From Escherichia coli (GTDB lineage Bacteria > Pseudomonadota > Gammaproteobacteria > Enterobacterales > Enterobacteriaceae), in the NCBI RefSeq assembly GCF_024298765.1, contig NZ_CP101210.1: a stretch of DNA of 64,000 nucleotides. One strand, 5' to 3'. Of the stretch, positions 34,429 to 45,646 are shown in pieces (the stretch's first letter is position 1; each line of letters begins with the position of its first letter). Both the position numbers and the translations under genes were made by a program. The notes below the pieces were generated by a model. It ran no database searches and had not been told where the DNA came from. It saw nothing but the letters and a program-made list of their open reading frames with translations.

Positions 34429-35214
34429 TTAATGACCAACGAAATTAGGTTTACGTTTTTCGAGGAAAGCGTTCATCCCTTCCTGGTAATCTTCGCTGTC
34501 ATAAACCGCGCGGCGCATCCCCTGAATACGTTCAAATTCATCGGAGTTCATGGTGTGCGCTTCGCCCAGTACACGCAGCTCTTCTTTGATAACGGCAATG
34601 GCTAACGGCGCTTTCTCAGAGATGTGGTGCGCCATTTGTAAGGTGAAATCTTCCAGTTCTTCCACTTCCACAACATGGTTGAGGATGCCGACAGCCAGCG
34701 CGCGCTGGGCTGTGATTGGCGAAGCGGTAAAAATCAGCTCTTTGACAATGTGGAAGCCCGCGTCGCGGGTCAGGTTGTGAATGCCGACCAGGTTATACGG
34801 GACGCCGAGGTTTACAGGTGTCATTGAGAAGGTTGAGGTACTGGCGGCGATGATCAGATCGGAACTCATGATCATTTCAAATGCGCCACCCCAGACACTA
34901 CCTTCCACCATCGAAATGATCGGTTTCGGGAATTTTTGGATCATGCGGGTGATTTGACGCAACGGATCATCATAGGAGAGCGGATCGCGACCGCCAGACG
35001 GCAGTTCGTGAATATCGTGACCTGCGGAGAAGACTTTGGAACCACTCGGCGCGCGCAAAATGATACAGCGAATTTCCGGCCGGTTGAGATCGCTTAATGC
35101 CTGCATAAGATCATCAATAAAGACTTTACTTAAGGCATTAAGTTTGCGGCCATAGTTAAACTCAATGACCGCCACTTTGTTGATAGTGACAACGTTCACA
35201 TACTGATAAGACAT
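34429..35214 (-). CDS. scpB: Methylmalonyl-CoA decarboxylase ScpB (YgfG, crotonase family, 261 aa)
   Basis: ORF 34429..35256 trimmed to MSYQYVNVVTINKVAVIEFNYGR. Confidence 0.85.
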   Translation of the reverse strand: MSYQYVNVVTINKVAVIEFNYGRKLNALSKVFIDDLMQALSDLNRPEIRCIILRAPSGSKVFSAGHDIHELPSGGRDPLSYDDPLRQITRMIQKFPKPIISMVEGSVWGGAFEMIMSSDLIIAASTSTFSMTPVNLGVPYNLVGIHNLTRDAGFHIVKELIFTASPITAQRALAVGILNHVVEVEELEDFTLQMAHHISEKAPLAIAVIKEELRVLGEAHTMNSDEFERIQGMRRAVYDSEDYQEGMNAFLEKRKPNFVGH

Positions 35215-35224
35215 AAAAATTCCT

Positions 35225-36220
35225 TTAATCAAAATATTGCGTCTGGATAAATTCACTGAGCTGCCGCAGGCCGGTGCGCGGTGAGAGCGTATTGTTTTTG
35301 ACTGCTAAAAGCGTCTGGCGGTAATAGCGATCGAAATCTTCATTCGCGAACAGGCGATTCAGTACTTCTTCTTCGGTCTGCTTACGCAGCCATTCCACCG
35401 ATTGTTGTTGCCGCACTTGTTGTAATCGACCACTGGCAGTTAGCGCGGTTTTGAAGTCGATGATGGCGTGCCAGATCTCATCGATTCCACGTTTTTCCAG
35501 TGCGCTACAAGTCAGAACCCGTGGCTGCCATTCGTCGTATTTACGTCGCAGAATATGCAGGGCACTCTCGTACATATGCCGGGCAATGGCGACATTGGTA
35601 TGGTTATCGCCATCGTCTTTGTTGATAACGATCAGATCTGCCACTTCCATCAGCCCCTTTTTAATGCCCTGCAGATCATCGCCGCCACCGGCAATTTGCA
35701 ACGAGATAAAACAGTCCACCATGCGGGCGACTTCCGTTTCTGACTGCCCGACGCCAACCGTTTCGACAATCACTACGTCATAACCCGCCGCTTCGCATAA
35801 CAGCATTAATTCCCGCGCTCGCTGACTGGCACCGCCCAGATGGCCGGAGGAGGGTACCGGGCGAATAAACGCCGCCTCGGCACGCGCCAGGTCATTCATG
35901 CGGGTTTTATCCCCGAGAATGCTACCGCCAGTGACCGGGCTGCTGGGATCGACCGCAATAACAGCAACCTTTAATCCCTCACGAATCAACAACATGCCAA
36001 AGGCTTCAAGAAAGGTACTTTTCCCCGCGCCGGGTGTGCCGGTAACGCCCAGTCGCAGGGCGTTACCACAGAACGGCATAATGGCGTCAAGCAGCTGAGT
36101 ACTTAGCGCCTGATGACGCGGGTGACGGCTTTCCACCAACGTCATGGCCTGGGCGAGCGTGGCACGCTCACCATGACGTAAGCGGCGAATACTTTCTGCC
36201 AGCGTGGCTTCATTAATCAT
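35225..36220 (-). CDS. argK: MeaB/ArgK-type G3E GTPase (YgfD, 331 aa), mutase chaperone
   Basis: ORF 35225..36220; P-loop [12 protein letters not shown]; start overlaps the scpA stop by 8 nt. Confidence 0.9.
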   Translation of the reverse strand: MINEATLAESIRRLRHGERATLAQAMTLVESRHPRHQALSTQLLDAIMPFCGNALRLGVTGTPGAGKSTFLEAFGMLLIREGLKVAVIAVDPSSPVTGGSILGDKTRMNDLARAEAAFIRPVPSSGHLGGASQRARELMLLCEAAGYDVVIVETVGVGQSETEVARMVDCFISLQIAGGGDDLQGIKKGLMEVADLIVINKDDGDNHTNVAIARHMYESALHILRRKYDEWQPRVLTCSALEKRGIDEIWHAIIDFKTALTASGRLQQVRQQQSVEWLRKQTEEEVLNRLFANEDFDRYYRQTLLAVKNNTLSPRTGLRQLSEFIQTQYFD

Positions 36221-38357
36221 GATGCTGGCTTATCAGATTCAGTACGTCGCGCACGCTATCGAGCATAGGTGTACCTGGACCATAAATCGCCGCCACGCCG
36301 CGCTCTTGCAGGAAGGCGTAATCCTGCGGCGGAATGACGCCACCCGCGACCACGCAGATATCTTTGCGTCCCCATTTTTTCAGCGCTTCGACCAGTTCTG
36401 GGATCAGCGTTTTATGACCGGCAGCCAGTGAGGATGCGCCCACTACGTGAACGTCGTTTTCTACGGCCAGGCGGGCGATCTCTTCAGGTGTAGAGAACAT
36501 CGGGCTTAAATCTACGTCGAAACCGAGATCGGAATAGGCGCTGGCGATCACTTTCGCGCCGCGATCGTGCCCATCCTGGCCCATTTTGGCGATCAGAATG
36601 CGCGGGCGACGACCATTGTCGGCAAGGAACTGCTCCGTTTGCGCAACAATGGCATCGAACTCGGCGGCCGATTTCTCAGACTGATGATAGCTTTGCGCAA
36701 TCACGCCGGTAACACACTGGCTTGGCACCAGATAACGGTCGAAAGCGGCTTCCAGCGCATCGGAAATTTCACCCAGGGTGGCGCGAACGCGAGCAGCATT
36801 AACAGCGGCAGCCAGCAGGTTTTCGTTATGCTGTGCGGCGTGAGTCAGGGCGTTCAACGCGGCGGTTACGGCGGCATCATCACGGGTGGCGCGAATGCGT
36901 TCCAGCGAAGCAATTTGCTCGTTACGCACCATCACGTTGTCGATCTCAAGTACATCGGTTTCGTCTTCGTGATCCAGTTTGTACTTGTTGACACCAACGA
37001 TGACACGCTTGCCCTGGTCGATCAGCGACTGTTCGCGCGCTGAGGCCTCTTCGATCATTCGTTTTGGCAGACCTGCTTCGATCGCTTTCGCCATGCCACC
37101 GGCTTCGTCGATCTGTTGGATAATAGCTCTGGCTTGTTTGACGATTTGATCGGTCAGCGACTCAATGTAATAGGATCCGGCCAGTGGATCGACGGTGCGG
37201 CAGAGTTCTGATTCTTCCTGAATGATGATCTGGGTATTGCGGGCAATGCGTGCTGAGAAATCGGTAGGCAAACCAAGCGCTTCATCAAAGGCGTTGGTAT
37301 GCAGTGACTGAGTACCGCCCAGCGTTGCAGCCAGTGCTTCAATGGTGGTGCGGATAACGTTGTTATACGGATCCTGTTCAGTCAGGCTCCAGCCTGAGGT
37401 CTGGCAGTGGGTACGCAGCGCCAGTGATTTCGGATCCTGTGCGCCAAATCCACTGACCGCTTCGCTCCATAAATAACGTGCCGCACGCAACATGGCGACG
37501 TTCATAAACAGATCCATGCCAATGCCGAAGAAGAACGACAGGCGAGGAGCGAAGTCATCAATTTTCAGCCCGGCGGAGATTGCTGCTTTGATGTACTCAA
37601 TCCCATCAGCGAGCGTAAATGCTACCTGCTGCACGCAGTTGGCACCCGCTTCACCCATATGGTAACCGCTGATACTGATGGTATTAAATCGCGGCATGTT
37701 GCCGGAACACCAGGCGATGATGTCGGCGATAATACGCATTGACGGTTTTGGCGGGTAAATATAGGTGTTGCGGCAAAGATACTCTTTGAGGATATCGTTT
37801 TGAATGGTGCCGGTCAGTTTATCGGGTGTAACGCCTTGCTCTTCTGCGGCGACAATATAAAACGCCAGTACTGGTAGCACTGCGCCATTCATGGTCATCG
37901 AAACCGACATTTTATCCAGCGGGATCTGGTCGAACAGAACTTTCATATCTTCCACGGTGTCGATAGCGACGCCCGCTTTGCCGACGTCGCCCGCCACGCG
38001 TGGGTTATCGGAGTCGTAGCCACGGTGGGTGGCAAGGTCAAACGCAACGGAAAGACCTTTTTGCCCGGCGGCCAGGTTACGGCGATAAAAAGCGTTGGAC
38101 TCTTTTGCTGTTGAAAAACCAGCATACTGACGGATGGTCCACGGTTGGGCGGTATACATAGTGGCACGCGGGCCACGAACGTAGGGCGGCAAACCAGGAA
38201 GGGTACCTGTCACCTCCAGATTATCGAGATCGGCTTCGGTATACAGCGGCTTGATGGCGATCCCTTCCGCGGTTTGCTGAACCAGCGAGTCGACAGTTTT
38301 CTCCCGACGGCTCAATTCCTTGTTGGCAAGCTGTTGCCACTCCTGCACCTTAGACAT
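36213..38357 (-). CDS. scpA: B12-dependent methylmalonyl-CoA mutase ScpA (Sbm, 714 aa)
   Basis: ORF 36213..38378 trimmed to [20 protein letters not shown]. Confidence 0.9.
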   Translation of the reverse strand: MSKVQEWQQLANKELSRREKTVDSLVQQTAEGIAIKPLYTEADLDNLEVTGTLPGLPPYVRGPRATMYTAQPWTIRQYAGFSTAKESNAFYRRNLAAGQKGLSVAFDLATHRGYDSDNPRVAGDVGKAGVAIDTVEDMKVLFDQIPLDKMSVSMTMNGAVLPVLAFYIVAAEEQGVTPDKLTGTIQNDILKEYLCRNTYIYPPKPSMRIIADIIAWCSGNMPRFNTISISGYHMGEAGANCVQQVAFTLADGIEYIKAAISAGLKIDDFAPRLSFFFGIGMDLFMNVAMLRAARYLWSEAVSGFGAQDPKSLALRTHCQTSGWSLTEQDPYNNVIRTTIEALAATLGGTQSLHTNAFDEALGLPTDFSARIARNTQIIIQEESELCRTVDPLAGSYYIESLTDQIVKQARAIIQQIDEAGGMAKAIEAGLPKRMIEEASAREQSLIDQGKRVIVGVNKYKLDHEDETDVLEIDNVMVRNEQIASLERIRATRDDAAVTAALNALTHAAQHNENLLAAAVNAARVRATLGEISDALEAAFDRYLVPSQCVTGVIAQSYHQSEKSAAEFDAIVAQTEQFLADNGRRPRILIAKMGQDGHDRGAKVIASAYSDLGFDVDLSPMFSTPEEIARLAVENDVHVVGASSLAAGHKTLIPELVEALKKWGRKDICVVAGGVIPPQDYAFLQERGVAAIYGPGTPMLDSVRDVLNLISQHHD

Positions 38358-38560
38358 TATTTGCTCCGTAAAACGCAATCAAAATGAGGGTATTTGCGCT
38401 TACGGTGAGCTTTTTACGTGGGTTTGTCGCCAGCAAAAAAAATGCATTCAGACGTCGTTTTTTGCCGCCTGAGATTTGTCTATTTTGTGATGTGATTCAA
38501 GGAATACAAAAAGAAGTGAGGATAACGCCTGATATGTGCTATCAGGCATTATTTGATGGA

Positions 38561-39454
38561 TTAATCCTGACGAAGGACTTTGTGACCATAATCAAGCAAC
38601 GCATCAGTGACTTTACGCATCATGCGGCTTTCAGGAGCAAAGCGGTGCCAGTAGAGCATCCGTCGTTGAAATAGCCCAGGCGTTAAGTCAATCAGTTCAC
38701 CGCTGGCCAGCTCTTTCTCGATTTGCAGGTGCGGGATCATACAGCAGGTGGTGCCCTGGCGAGCAAGTTGCACGAACGCTTCTGAAGAATTAACGATATG
38801 GCAGGGTACGCTGCCAGGAGGCAGATCGAAGTTTTGCTGCAAAAAGGCCTGGTGCATATCGTCAAGATGGTCAAAGGCGACCACAGGTGCTTTCAATAAT
38901 GCCGAACGCGTTACGCCGTTAGGGAAATATTTTTCGGCAAACGGTTTTGAGCTGACGAACAGATAGTCGAGCGCACCGAGCTTATCGACAAGACAGCTCG
39001 GCAGCGCCTGATGTTGAATACTCACCGCGCCGACCACTTCGCCGCGGCGCAGACGTTCCTGAGTGCGGGTTTCATCTTCTACCTGCAAGTTGAGGCGGAT
39101 AGGCGAATCAGCTAACACAGGAGCCAGCGCCGGAAGCAACCACGTCGCCAGACTGTCAGCGTTGACCGCCAGTGAAAGCAGCAGCGGAGTTGAACCGGTT
39201 TGTTCATCGCCCAGCCACTCTTCTTCCAGTAACTCCACCTGGCGTAGCAGTGCCAGCAGTTTTTGCCCTTGTTCTGTCGGGCGCGGTGGTACGGTACGCA
39301 CCAACAGCGGCTGCCCGAACATATTTTCCAGTTGCTTAATGCGCTGTGAGACGGCTGATTGTGTAATGCACAGCTTTTGTGCCGCGCGCTCAAATCCTCG
39401 TTCACGTATCACCGCATCCAGTGCCTGTAATGTTCTGTAGTCCGGGCGTTTCAT
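38561..39454 (-). CDS. argP: LysR-family regulator ArgP (IciA, 297 aa)
   Basis: ORF 38561..39664 trimmed to [28 protein letters not shown]. Confidence 0.85.
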
Positions 39455-39835
39455 TGCTGTTGTCTGCTCCTGGTAAATGCTTTTTCCTGCACTATGACAC
39501 AATTTTGTGTCAGGTTGCATATACCGAAGTCGTTGGCGGGTAACATTTGTATCAGTGGTTAACGCGCAGCTTAAAAGATCAGGGATTTGCGCTAATGCAT
39601 TTCGCTCAGCGAGTTCGCGCCCTGGTTGTGTTGAATGGCGTGGCGTTATTGCCTCTGTTCGCATCGTGGAGCGGCATACCCAGACCGTTGTATGCTTTAT
39701 TTGCGGGGCGAAAGGGGATGCCCGCCATTGCGCGATATTTTATGGATGAGTTAACCACCCGGCTTGCCAACGGGGTCTGAATCGCTTTTTTTGTATATAA
39801 TGCGTGTGAAATTTCATACCACAGGCGAAACGATC

Positions 39836-40495
39836 ATGACGCAGGATGAATTGAAAAAAGCAGTAGGATGGGCGGCACTTCAGTATGTTCAGCCCGGCAC
39901 CATTGTTGGTGTAGGTACAGGTTCCACCGCCGCACACTTTATTGACGCGCTCGGCACGATGAAAGGCCAGATTGAAGGGGCCGTTTCCAGTTCAGATGCT
40001 TCCACTGAAAAACTGAAAAGCCTCGGCATTCACGTTTTTGATCTCAACGAAGTCGACAGCCTTGGCATCTACGTTGATGGCGCAGATGAAATCAACGGCC
40101 ACATGCAGATGATCAAAGGCGGCGGCGCGGCGCTGACCCGTGAAAAAATCATTGCCTCGGTTGCGGAAAAATTTATCTGTATTGCAGACGCATCCAAGCA
40201 GGTTGATATTCTGGGCAAATTCCCGCTGCCAGTAGAAGTTATCCCGATGGCACGTAGTGCAGTGGCGCGCCAGCTGGTGAAACTGGGCGGTCGTCCGGAA
40301 TACCGCCAGGGCGTGGTGACCGATAACGGCAACGTGATCCTCGACGTCCACGGCATGGAAATCCTTGACCCGATAGCGATGGAAAACGCCATAAATGCGA
40401 TTCCTGGCGTGGTGACTGTTGGCTTGTTTGCTAACCGTGGCGCGGACGTTGCGCTGATTGGCACACCTGACGGTGTCAAAACAATTGTGAAATGA
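39836..40495 (+). CDS. rpiA: Ribose-5-phosphate isomerase A RpiA (219 aa)
   Basis: ORF 39764..40495 trimmed to [18 protein letters not shown]. Confidence 0.9.
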
Positions 40496-40750
40496 TCTGA
40501 CGGGGGAACCTCCCCCGTTAAAAAAATTCTCTTCATTAAATTTGGTGACATGTGTCACGTTTTTACCTGGCTATTGTCGATTGCTCTAAATAAACCCTCT
40601 AAACCAGCATATTCATCCAAGAAATACCTTTGCGTGATATTTCCTCAACATCGCGACGCAAACGTTCATATTGCCGCAATATTATTTTTTGATATGTTGA
40701 AAGGCGGATGCAAATCCGCACACAACATTTCAAAAGACAGGATTGGGTAA

Positions 40751-41983
40751 ATGGCAAAGGTATCGCTGGAGAAAGACAAGATTAAGTTTCTGCTGGTAGA
40801 AGGCGTGCACCAAAAGGCGCTGGAAAGCCTTCGTGCAGCGGGTTACACCAACATCGAATTTCACAAAGGCGCGCTGGATGATGAACAATTAAAAGAATCC
40901 ATCCGCGATGCCCACTTCATCGGCCTGCGATCCCGTACCCATCTGACTGAAGACGTGATCAACGCCGCAGAAAAACTGGTCGCTATTGGCTGTTTCTGTA
41001 TCGGAACAAACCAGGTTGATCTGGATGCGGCGGCAAAACGCGGGATCCCGGTATTTAACGCACCGTTCTCAAATACGCGCTCTGTTGCGGAGCTGGTGAT
41101 TGGCGAACTGCTGCTGCTATTGCGCGGCGTGCCGGAAGCCAATGCTAAAGCGCATCGTGGCGTGTGGAACAAACTGGCGGCGGGTTCTTTTGAAGCGCGC
41201 GGCAAAAAGCTGGGTATCATCGGCTACGGTCATATTGGTACGCAATTGGGCATTCTGGCTGAATCGCTGGGAATGTATGTTTACTTTTATGATATTGAAA
41301 ACAAACTGCCGCTGGGCAACGCCACTCAGGTACAGCATCTTTCTGACCTGCTGAATATGAGCGATGTGGTGAGTCTGCATGTACCAGAGAATCCGTCCAC
41401 CAAAAATATGATGGGCGCGAAAGAGATTTCGCTAATGAAACCCGGCTCGCTGCTGATTAATGCTTCGCGCGGTACTGTGGTGGATATTCCAGCGCTGTGT
41501 GACGCGCTGGCGAGCAAACATCTGGCGGGGGCGGCAATCGACGTATTCCCGACTGAACCGGCGACCAATAGCGATCCATTTACCTCTCCGCTGTGTGAAT
41601 TTGACAACGTCCTTCTGACGCCACACATTGGCGGTTCGACTCAGGAAGCGCAGGAGAATATCGGCTTGGAAGTTGCGGGTAAATTGATCAAGTATTCTGA
41701 CAATGGCTCAACGCTCTCTGCGGTGAACTTCCCGGAAGTCTCGCTGCCACTGCACGGTGGGCGTCGTCTGATGCACATCCACGAAAACCGTCCGGGCGTG
41801 CTAACTGCGCTCAACAAAATTTTTGCCGAGCAGGGCGTCAACATCGCCGCGCAATATCTACAAACTTCCGCCCAGATGGGTTATGTAGTTATTGATATTG
41901 AAGCCGACGAAGACGTTGCCGAAAAAGCGCTGCAGGCAATGAAAGCTATTCCGGGTACCATTCGCGCCCGTCTGCTGTACTAA
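40751..41983 (+). CDS. serA: D-3-phosphoglycerate dehydrogenase SerA (410 aa)
   Basis: ORF 40751..41983; translation MAKVSLEKDKIKFLLVEGVHQ. Confidence 0.95.
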   Translation: MAKVSLEKDKIKFLLVEGVHQKALESLRAAGYTNIEFHKGALDDEQLKESIRDAHFIGLRSRTHLTEDVINAAEKLVAIGCFCIGTNQVDLDAAAKRGIPVFNAPFSNTRSVAELVIGELLLLLRGVPEANAKAHRGVWNKLAAGSFEARGKKLGIIGYGHIGTQLGILAESLGMYVYFYDIENKLPLGNATQVQHLSDLLNMSDVVSLHVPENPSTKNMMGAKEISLMKPGSLLINASRGTVVDIPALCDALASKHLAGAAIDVFPTEPATNSDPFTSPLCEFDNVLLTPHIGGSTQEAQENIGLEVAGKLIKYSDNGSTLSAVNFPEVSLPLHGGRRLMHIHENRPGVLTALNKIFAEQGVNIAAQYLQTSAQMGYVVIDIEADEDVAEKALQAMKAIPGTIRARLLY

Positions 41984-42004
41984 TTCCCCTTCTCTGAAAA
42001 TTAA

Positions 42005-42035
42005 CGGGCAGGTCACTGACTTGCCCGTTTTTTTA
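42005..42035 (+). terminator. Rho-independent terminator of serA
   Basis: Hairpin cgggcaggtcactgacttgcccg followed by ttttttt. Confidence 0.65.
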
Positions 42036-42169
42036 TCCCTTCTCCACACCGTTGCCGCATTGCGCATTCTACTTTGCGAGTCTGCTCCAGAAAATAAATC
42101 AAAGTCAGATCAATGCGTTGTGTTTATTTAATGGGGATTTACGATGGCAGGGCAGCATGGGGCTGTAAC

Positions 42170-42310
42170 GGTAAAGCCCTCACCGAAGCGAGGGCTTGAA
42201 GGAGAAGGGTTATGATGCGACTTGTCATCATACTGATTGTACTGTTACTCATAAGTTTCCCAGCTTATTAACAGTCAGTCTCAGGGGAGGAGTCATCCTC
42301 CCTTACCCTT
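42170..42310 (-). ncRNA. sibC: SibC antisense sRNA (antitoxin of ibsC); ends approximate
   Basis: Minus-strand sigma70-like promoter (TTGACA-17 nt-TAATTT) at 42318..42346 reads antisense across ibsC; minus-strand hairpin at about 42160..42190 could be its terminator. Boundaries inferred, not measured. Confidence 0.5.
42212..42271 (+). CDS. ibsC: Type I toxin IbsC-like small hydrophobic peptide (19 aa)
   Basis: ggagaagggtt SD then atgatgcgacttgtcatcatactgattgtactgttactcataagtttcccagcttattaa, translating MMRLVIILIVLLLISFPAY; serA-ygfA intergenic position matches the known ibsC/sibC locus. Confidence 0.6.
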   Translation: MMRLVIILIVLLLISFPAY

Positions 42311-42317
42311 ACTCACT

Positions 42318-42346
42318 AAATTAGGTTAAAGAATCAACGATGTCAA
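42318..42346 (-). promoter_or_regulatory. Putative sigma70 promoter of sibC
   Basis: Minus-strand ttgaca (plus 42341..42346), 17-nt spacer, taattt (plus 42318..42323). Confidence 0.4.
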
Positions 42347-42371
42347 TCAGGGCGATGCAGGTGTGTCGCCC

Positions 42372-42920
42372 TCACCACTCCCAGACTTTCGACGGTGTAA
42401 CCACCGCAGGAAGAGGGATATCCCACTCTTCAACGGGGAGTTTTTCCACTAACTGACAATCATGCGCATAACCCACCGGTTGCATTTTATAGTGCTGCCA
42501 GTTTTGTAAGGTCCGATCATAAAAACCACCGCCCATTCCCAGGCGCTGACCGTACTCATCAAAGGCGACCAGCGGTGTGATCAACACGTCTAATCGGGAA
42601 AGGGGTAGCACGTCACGCACATCCAGTTTTGGCTCATGGATCTTCAACCTGTTCATCACCAGTTCGCTTTGCGGATGGTAATTCAGGAACAGCAAATTAC
42701 CGGCACTGAAGGGATGCAAAACTGGAAGATATACGCGCTTACCGGCGCGCCAGAGTTGTTCTATGAGTGGCAGGGTGTCGAGTTCGCCATCAAAAGAGAG
42801 GAATACAGCGACCGTATGTGCCATCACCACCGGGGGATAAGTCATCATCCGGGTAGCGGCTTGTTGACCCATTTCCTGCTGTTGTTCCGGCGTTAACGCA
42901 CGACGACGTTGCCGAATCAT
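42372..42920 (-). CDS. ygfA: 5-formyltetrahydrofolate cyclo-ligase YgfA (182 aa)
   Basis: ORF 42372..43118 trimmed to MIRQRRRALTPEQQQEMGQQ; the ORF-track extension runs into ssrS and is not coding. Confidence 0.85.
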   Translation of the reverse strand: MIRQRRRALTPEQQQEMGQQAATRMMTYPPVVMAHTVAVFLSFDGELDTLPLIEQLWRAGKRVYLPVLHPFSAGNLLFLNYHPQSELVMNRLKIHEPKLDVRDVLPLSRLDVLITPLVAFDEYGQRLGMGGGFYDRTLQNWQHYKMQPVGYAHDCQLVEKLPVEEWDIPLPAVVTPSKVWEW

Positions 42921-42993
42921 TTTGCGGATTTCTTGTCGGGATAATGTCAGTGGGAGTTCTGGTAGTTGCGTCATGGCTGGTGCCAGATAAGAA

Positions 42994-43178
42994 GGAAATC
43001 TCCGAGATGCCGCCGCAGGCTGTAACCCTTGAACCCTTGGTTCAAGGTGAATGTGTCGTCGCAGTTTTAAGGCTTCTCGGACGGACCGAGCATGCTCACC
43101 AACCGCGGAGCGCCACATTCTTGTGGTATGAAATATCGGCTCAGGGGACTGGCCCGCTTGCGAACATCTCAGAGAAAT
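42994..43178 (-). ncRNA. ssrS: 6S RNA (SsrS), RNA polymerase-binding regulatory RNA
   Basis: Minus strand reads AUUUCUCUGAGAUGUUCGCAAGCGGGCCAGUCCCCUGAGCCGAUAUUUCAUACCACAAGAAUGUGGCGCUCCGCGG..., matching recalled E. coli 6S RNA; immediately upstream of ygfA. Confidence 0.85.
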
Positions 43179-43219
43179 TTTGTCTTCACGGTTACTCTAC
43201 CACAGTAAACCGAAAAGTG

Positions 43220-43615
<396 letters not shown>

Positions 43616-43716
43616 CTATAGCTACCCTGATGAGAAGAGACAAGCCCTTTTCTGGTCCACCAGGGCCCAAAGTGGTAGCATATCATGAATATTCCTCCCT
43701 TTGACGACGAATGCTT

Positions 43717-44295
43717 ATGTCTATACAGAACGAAATGCCTGGTTACAACGAAATGAACCAGTATCTGAACCAACAAGGGACGGGTCTGACCCCTGCTGAG
43801 ATGCATGGTTTAATCAGCGGGATGATATGTGGCGGTAACGATGACAGCTCATGGCTGCCGCTACTTCACGACCTGACGAACGAAGGCATGGCTTTCGGTC
43901 ATGAGCTGGCACAGGCACTGCGTAAAATGCACTCTGCCACCAGCGATGCCCTGCAGGATGACGGCTTCCTTTTTCAGCTTTATCTGCCTGATGGCGATGA
44001 TGTCAGCGTTTTCGATCGGGCTGATGCGCTGGCAGGTTGGGTCAATCACTTCCTGCTTGGTCTTGGCGTTACGCAACCGAAGCTGGACAAAGTGACCGGA
44101 GAAACCGGTGAAGCCATCGACGATCTGCGTAACATCGCGCAGCTGGGCTACGACGAAGACGAAGATCAGGAAGAGCTTGAAATGTCGCTTGAAGAGATCA
44201 TCGAATACGTTCGTGTTGCCGCGCTGTTATGCCACGACACCTTTACTCATCCGCAACCGACCGCGCCAGAAGTACAAAAACCGACTCTACACTAA
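43717..44295 (+). CDS. ygfB: UPF0149 protein YgfB (192 aa)
   Basis: ORF 43711..44295 trimmed to [17 protein letters not shown]. Confidence 0.8.
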
Positions 44296-44320
44296 AAACA
44301 AAAAACGTAAGGAGAGTGTT

Positions 44321-45646
44321 ATGAGTGAGATATCCCGGCAAGAGTTTCAGCGTCGCCGTCAGGCCCTGGTGGAGCAAATGCAACCCGGCAGCGCCGCGCT
44401 GATTTTTGCTGCACCAGAAGTAACACGTAGCGCCGACAGCGAATACCCCTATCGTCAGAACAGTGACTTCTGGTACTTCACCGGCTTTAACGAACCGGAA
44501 GCGGTGCTGGTGCTGATTAAAAGCGACGACACTCATAACCACAGCGTTTTGTTTAACCGCGTTCGCGACCTGACGGCAGAGATCTGGTTTGGTCGTCGCT
44601 TAGGCCAGGATGCCGCGCCAGAGAAACTGGGCGTTGACCGCGCACTGGCATTCAGCGAAATCAATCAGCAACTTTATCAACTGCTTAATGGTCTGGATGT
44701 GGTTTATCACGCTCAGGGCGAATATACCTATGCTGATGAAATCGTGAACAGCGCGCTGGAAAAGCTGCGTAAAGGCTCGCGACAGAATCTCACTGCCCCG
44801 GCTACGATGATCGACTGGCGTCCTGTTGTTCATGAAATGCGCCTGTTCAAATCACCAGAAGAGATTGCCGTACTTCGCCGCGCGGGTGAAATCACCGCAC
44901 TGGCGCATACCCGGGCGATGGAAAAATGCCGTCCGGGGATGTTCGAGTACCATCTGGAAGGCGAAATTCACCACGAGTTTAACCGCCACGGTGCGCGTTA
45001 CCCTTCCTATAACACCATTGTTGGCAGCGGTGAAAACGGCTGCATTTTGCACTACACCGAAAACGAGTGTGAACTGCGTGACGGTGATCTGGTGTTGATT
45101 GACGCGGGTTGTGAATACAAAGGTTACGCTGGCGACATTACCCGCACCTTCCCGGTCAACGGCAAATTCACTCAGGCTCAGCGTGAAATCTATGACATTG
45201 TGCTGGAGTCTCTTGAAACCAGCCTGCGCCTGTATCGTCCGGGAACTTCCATGCAGGAAGTCACTGGTGAAGTGGTGCGTATCATGGTTAGCGGCCTGGT
45301 AAAACTCGGCATCCTGAAGGGTGATGTTGATGAACTGATCGCTCAGAACGCCCATCGTCCTTTCTTTATGCATGGCCTTAGCCACTGGTTAGGACTGGAT
45401 GTCCATGACGTTGGCGTTTATGGTCAGGATCGCTCGCGCATTCTGGAACCGGGGATGGTACTGACCGTAGAGCCTGGTCTGTATATCGCGCCGGATGCGG
45501 ATGTGCCAGAACAATATCGCGGTATCGGCATTCGTATTGAAGACGACATTGTGATTACCGAAACCGGCAACGAAAACCTCACCGCCAGCGTGGTGAAAAA
45601 GCCGGAAGAAATCGAAGCGTTGATGGCTGCTGCGAGAAAGCAATGA
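44321..45646 (+). CDS. pepP: Xaa-Pro aminopeptidase PepP (441 aa)
   Basis: ORF 44108..45646 trimmed to MSEISRQEFQRRRQALVEQM with SD aaggagag upstream. Confidence 0.9.
   Translation: MSEISRQEFQRRRQALVEQMQPGSAALIFAAPEVTRSADSEYPYRQNSDFWYFTGFNEPEAVLVLIKSDDTHNHSVLFNRVRDLTAEIWFGRRLGQDAAPEKLGVDRALAFSEINQQLYQLLNGLDVVYHAQGEYTYADEIVNSALEKLRKGSRQNLTAPATMIDWRPVVHEMRLFKSPEEIAVLRRAGEITALAHTRAMEKCRPGMFEYHLEGEIHHEFNRHGARYPSYNTIVGSGENGCILHYTENECELRDGDLVLIDAGCEYKGYAGDITRTFPVNGKFTQAQREIYDIVLESLETSLRLYRPGTSMQEVTGEVVRIMVSGLVKLGILKGDVDELIAQNAHRPFFMHGLSHWLGLDVHDVGVYGQDRSRILEPGMVLTVEPGLYIAPDADVPEQYRGIGIRIEDDIVITETGNENLTASVVKKPEEIEALMAAARKQ

Noticed and set aside
40500-40530. Hairpin acgggggaacctcccccgt after rpiA as an intrinsic terminator
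   Set aside because: Followed by an A-run rather than a T-run on the rpiA strand; may still terminate but does not fit the canonical form.
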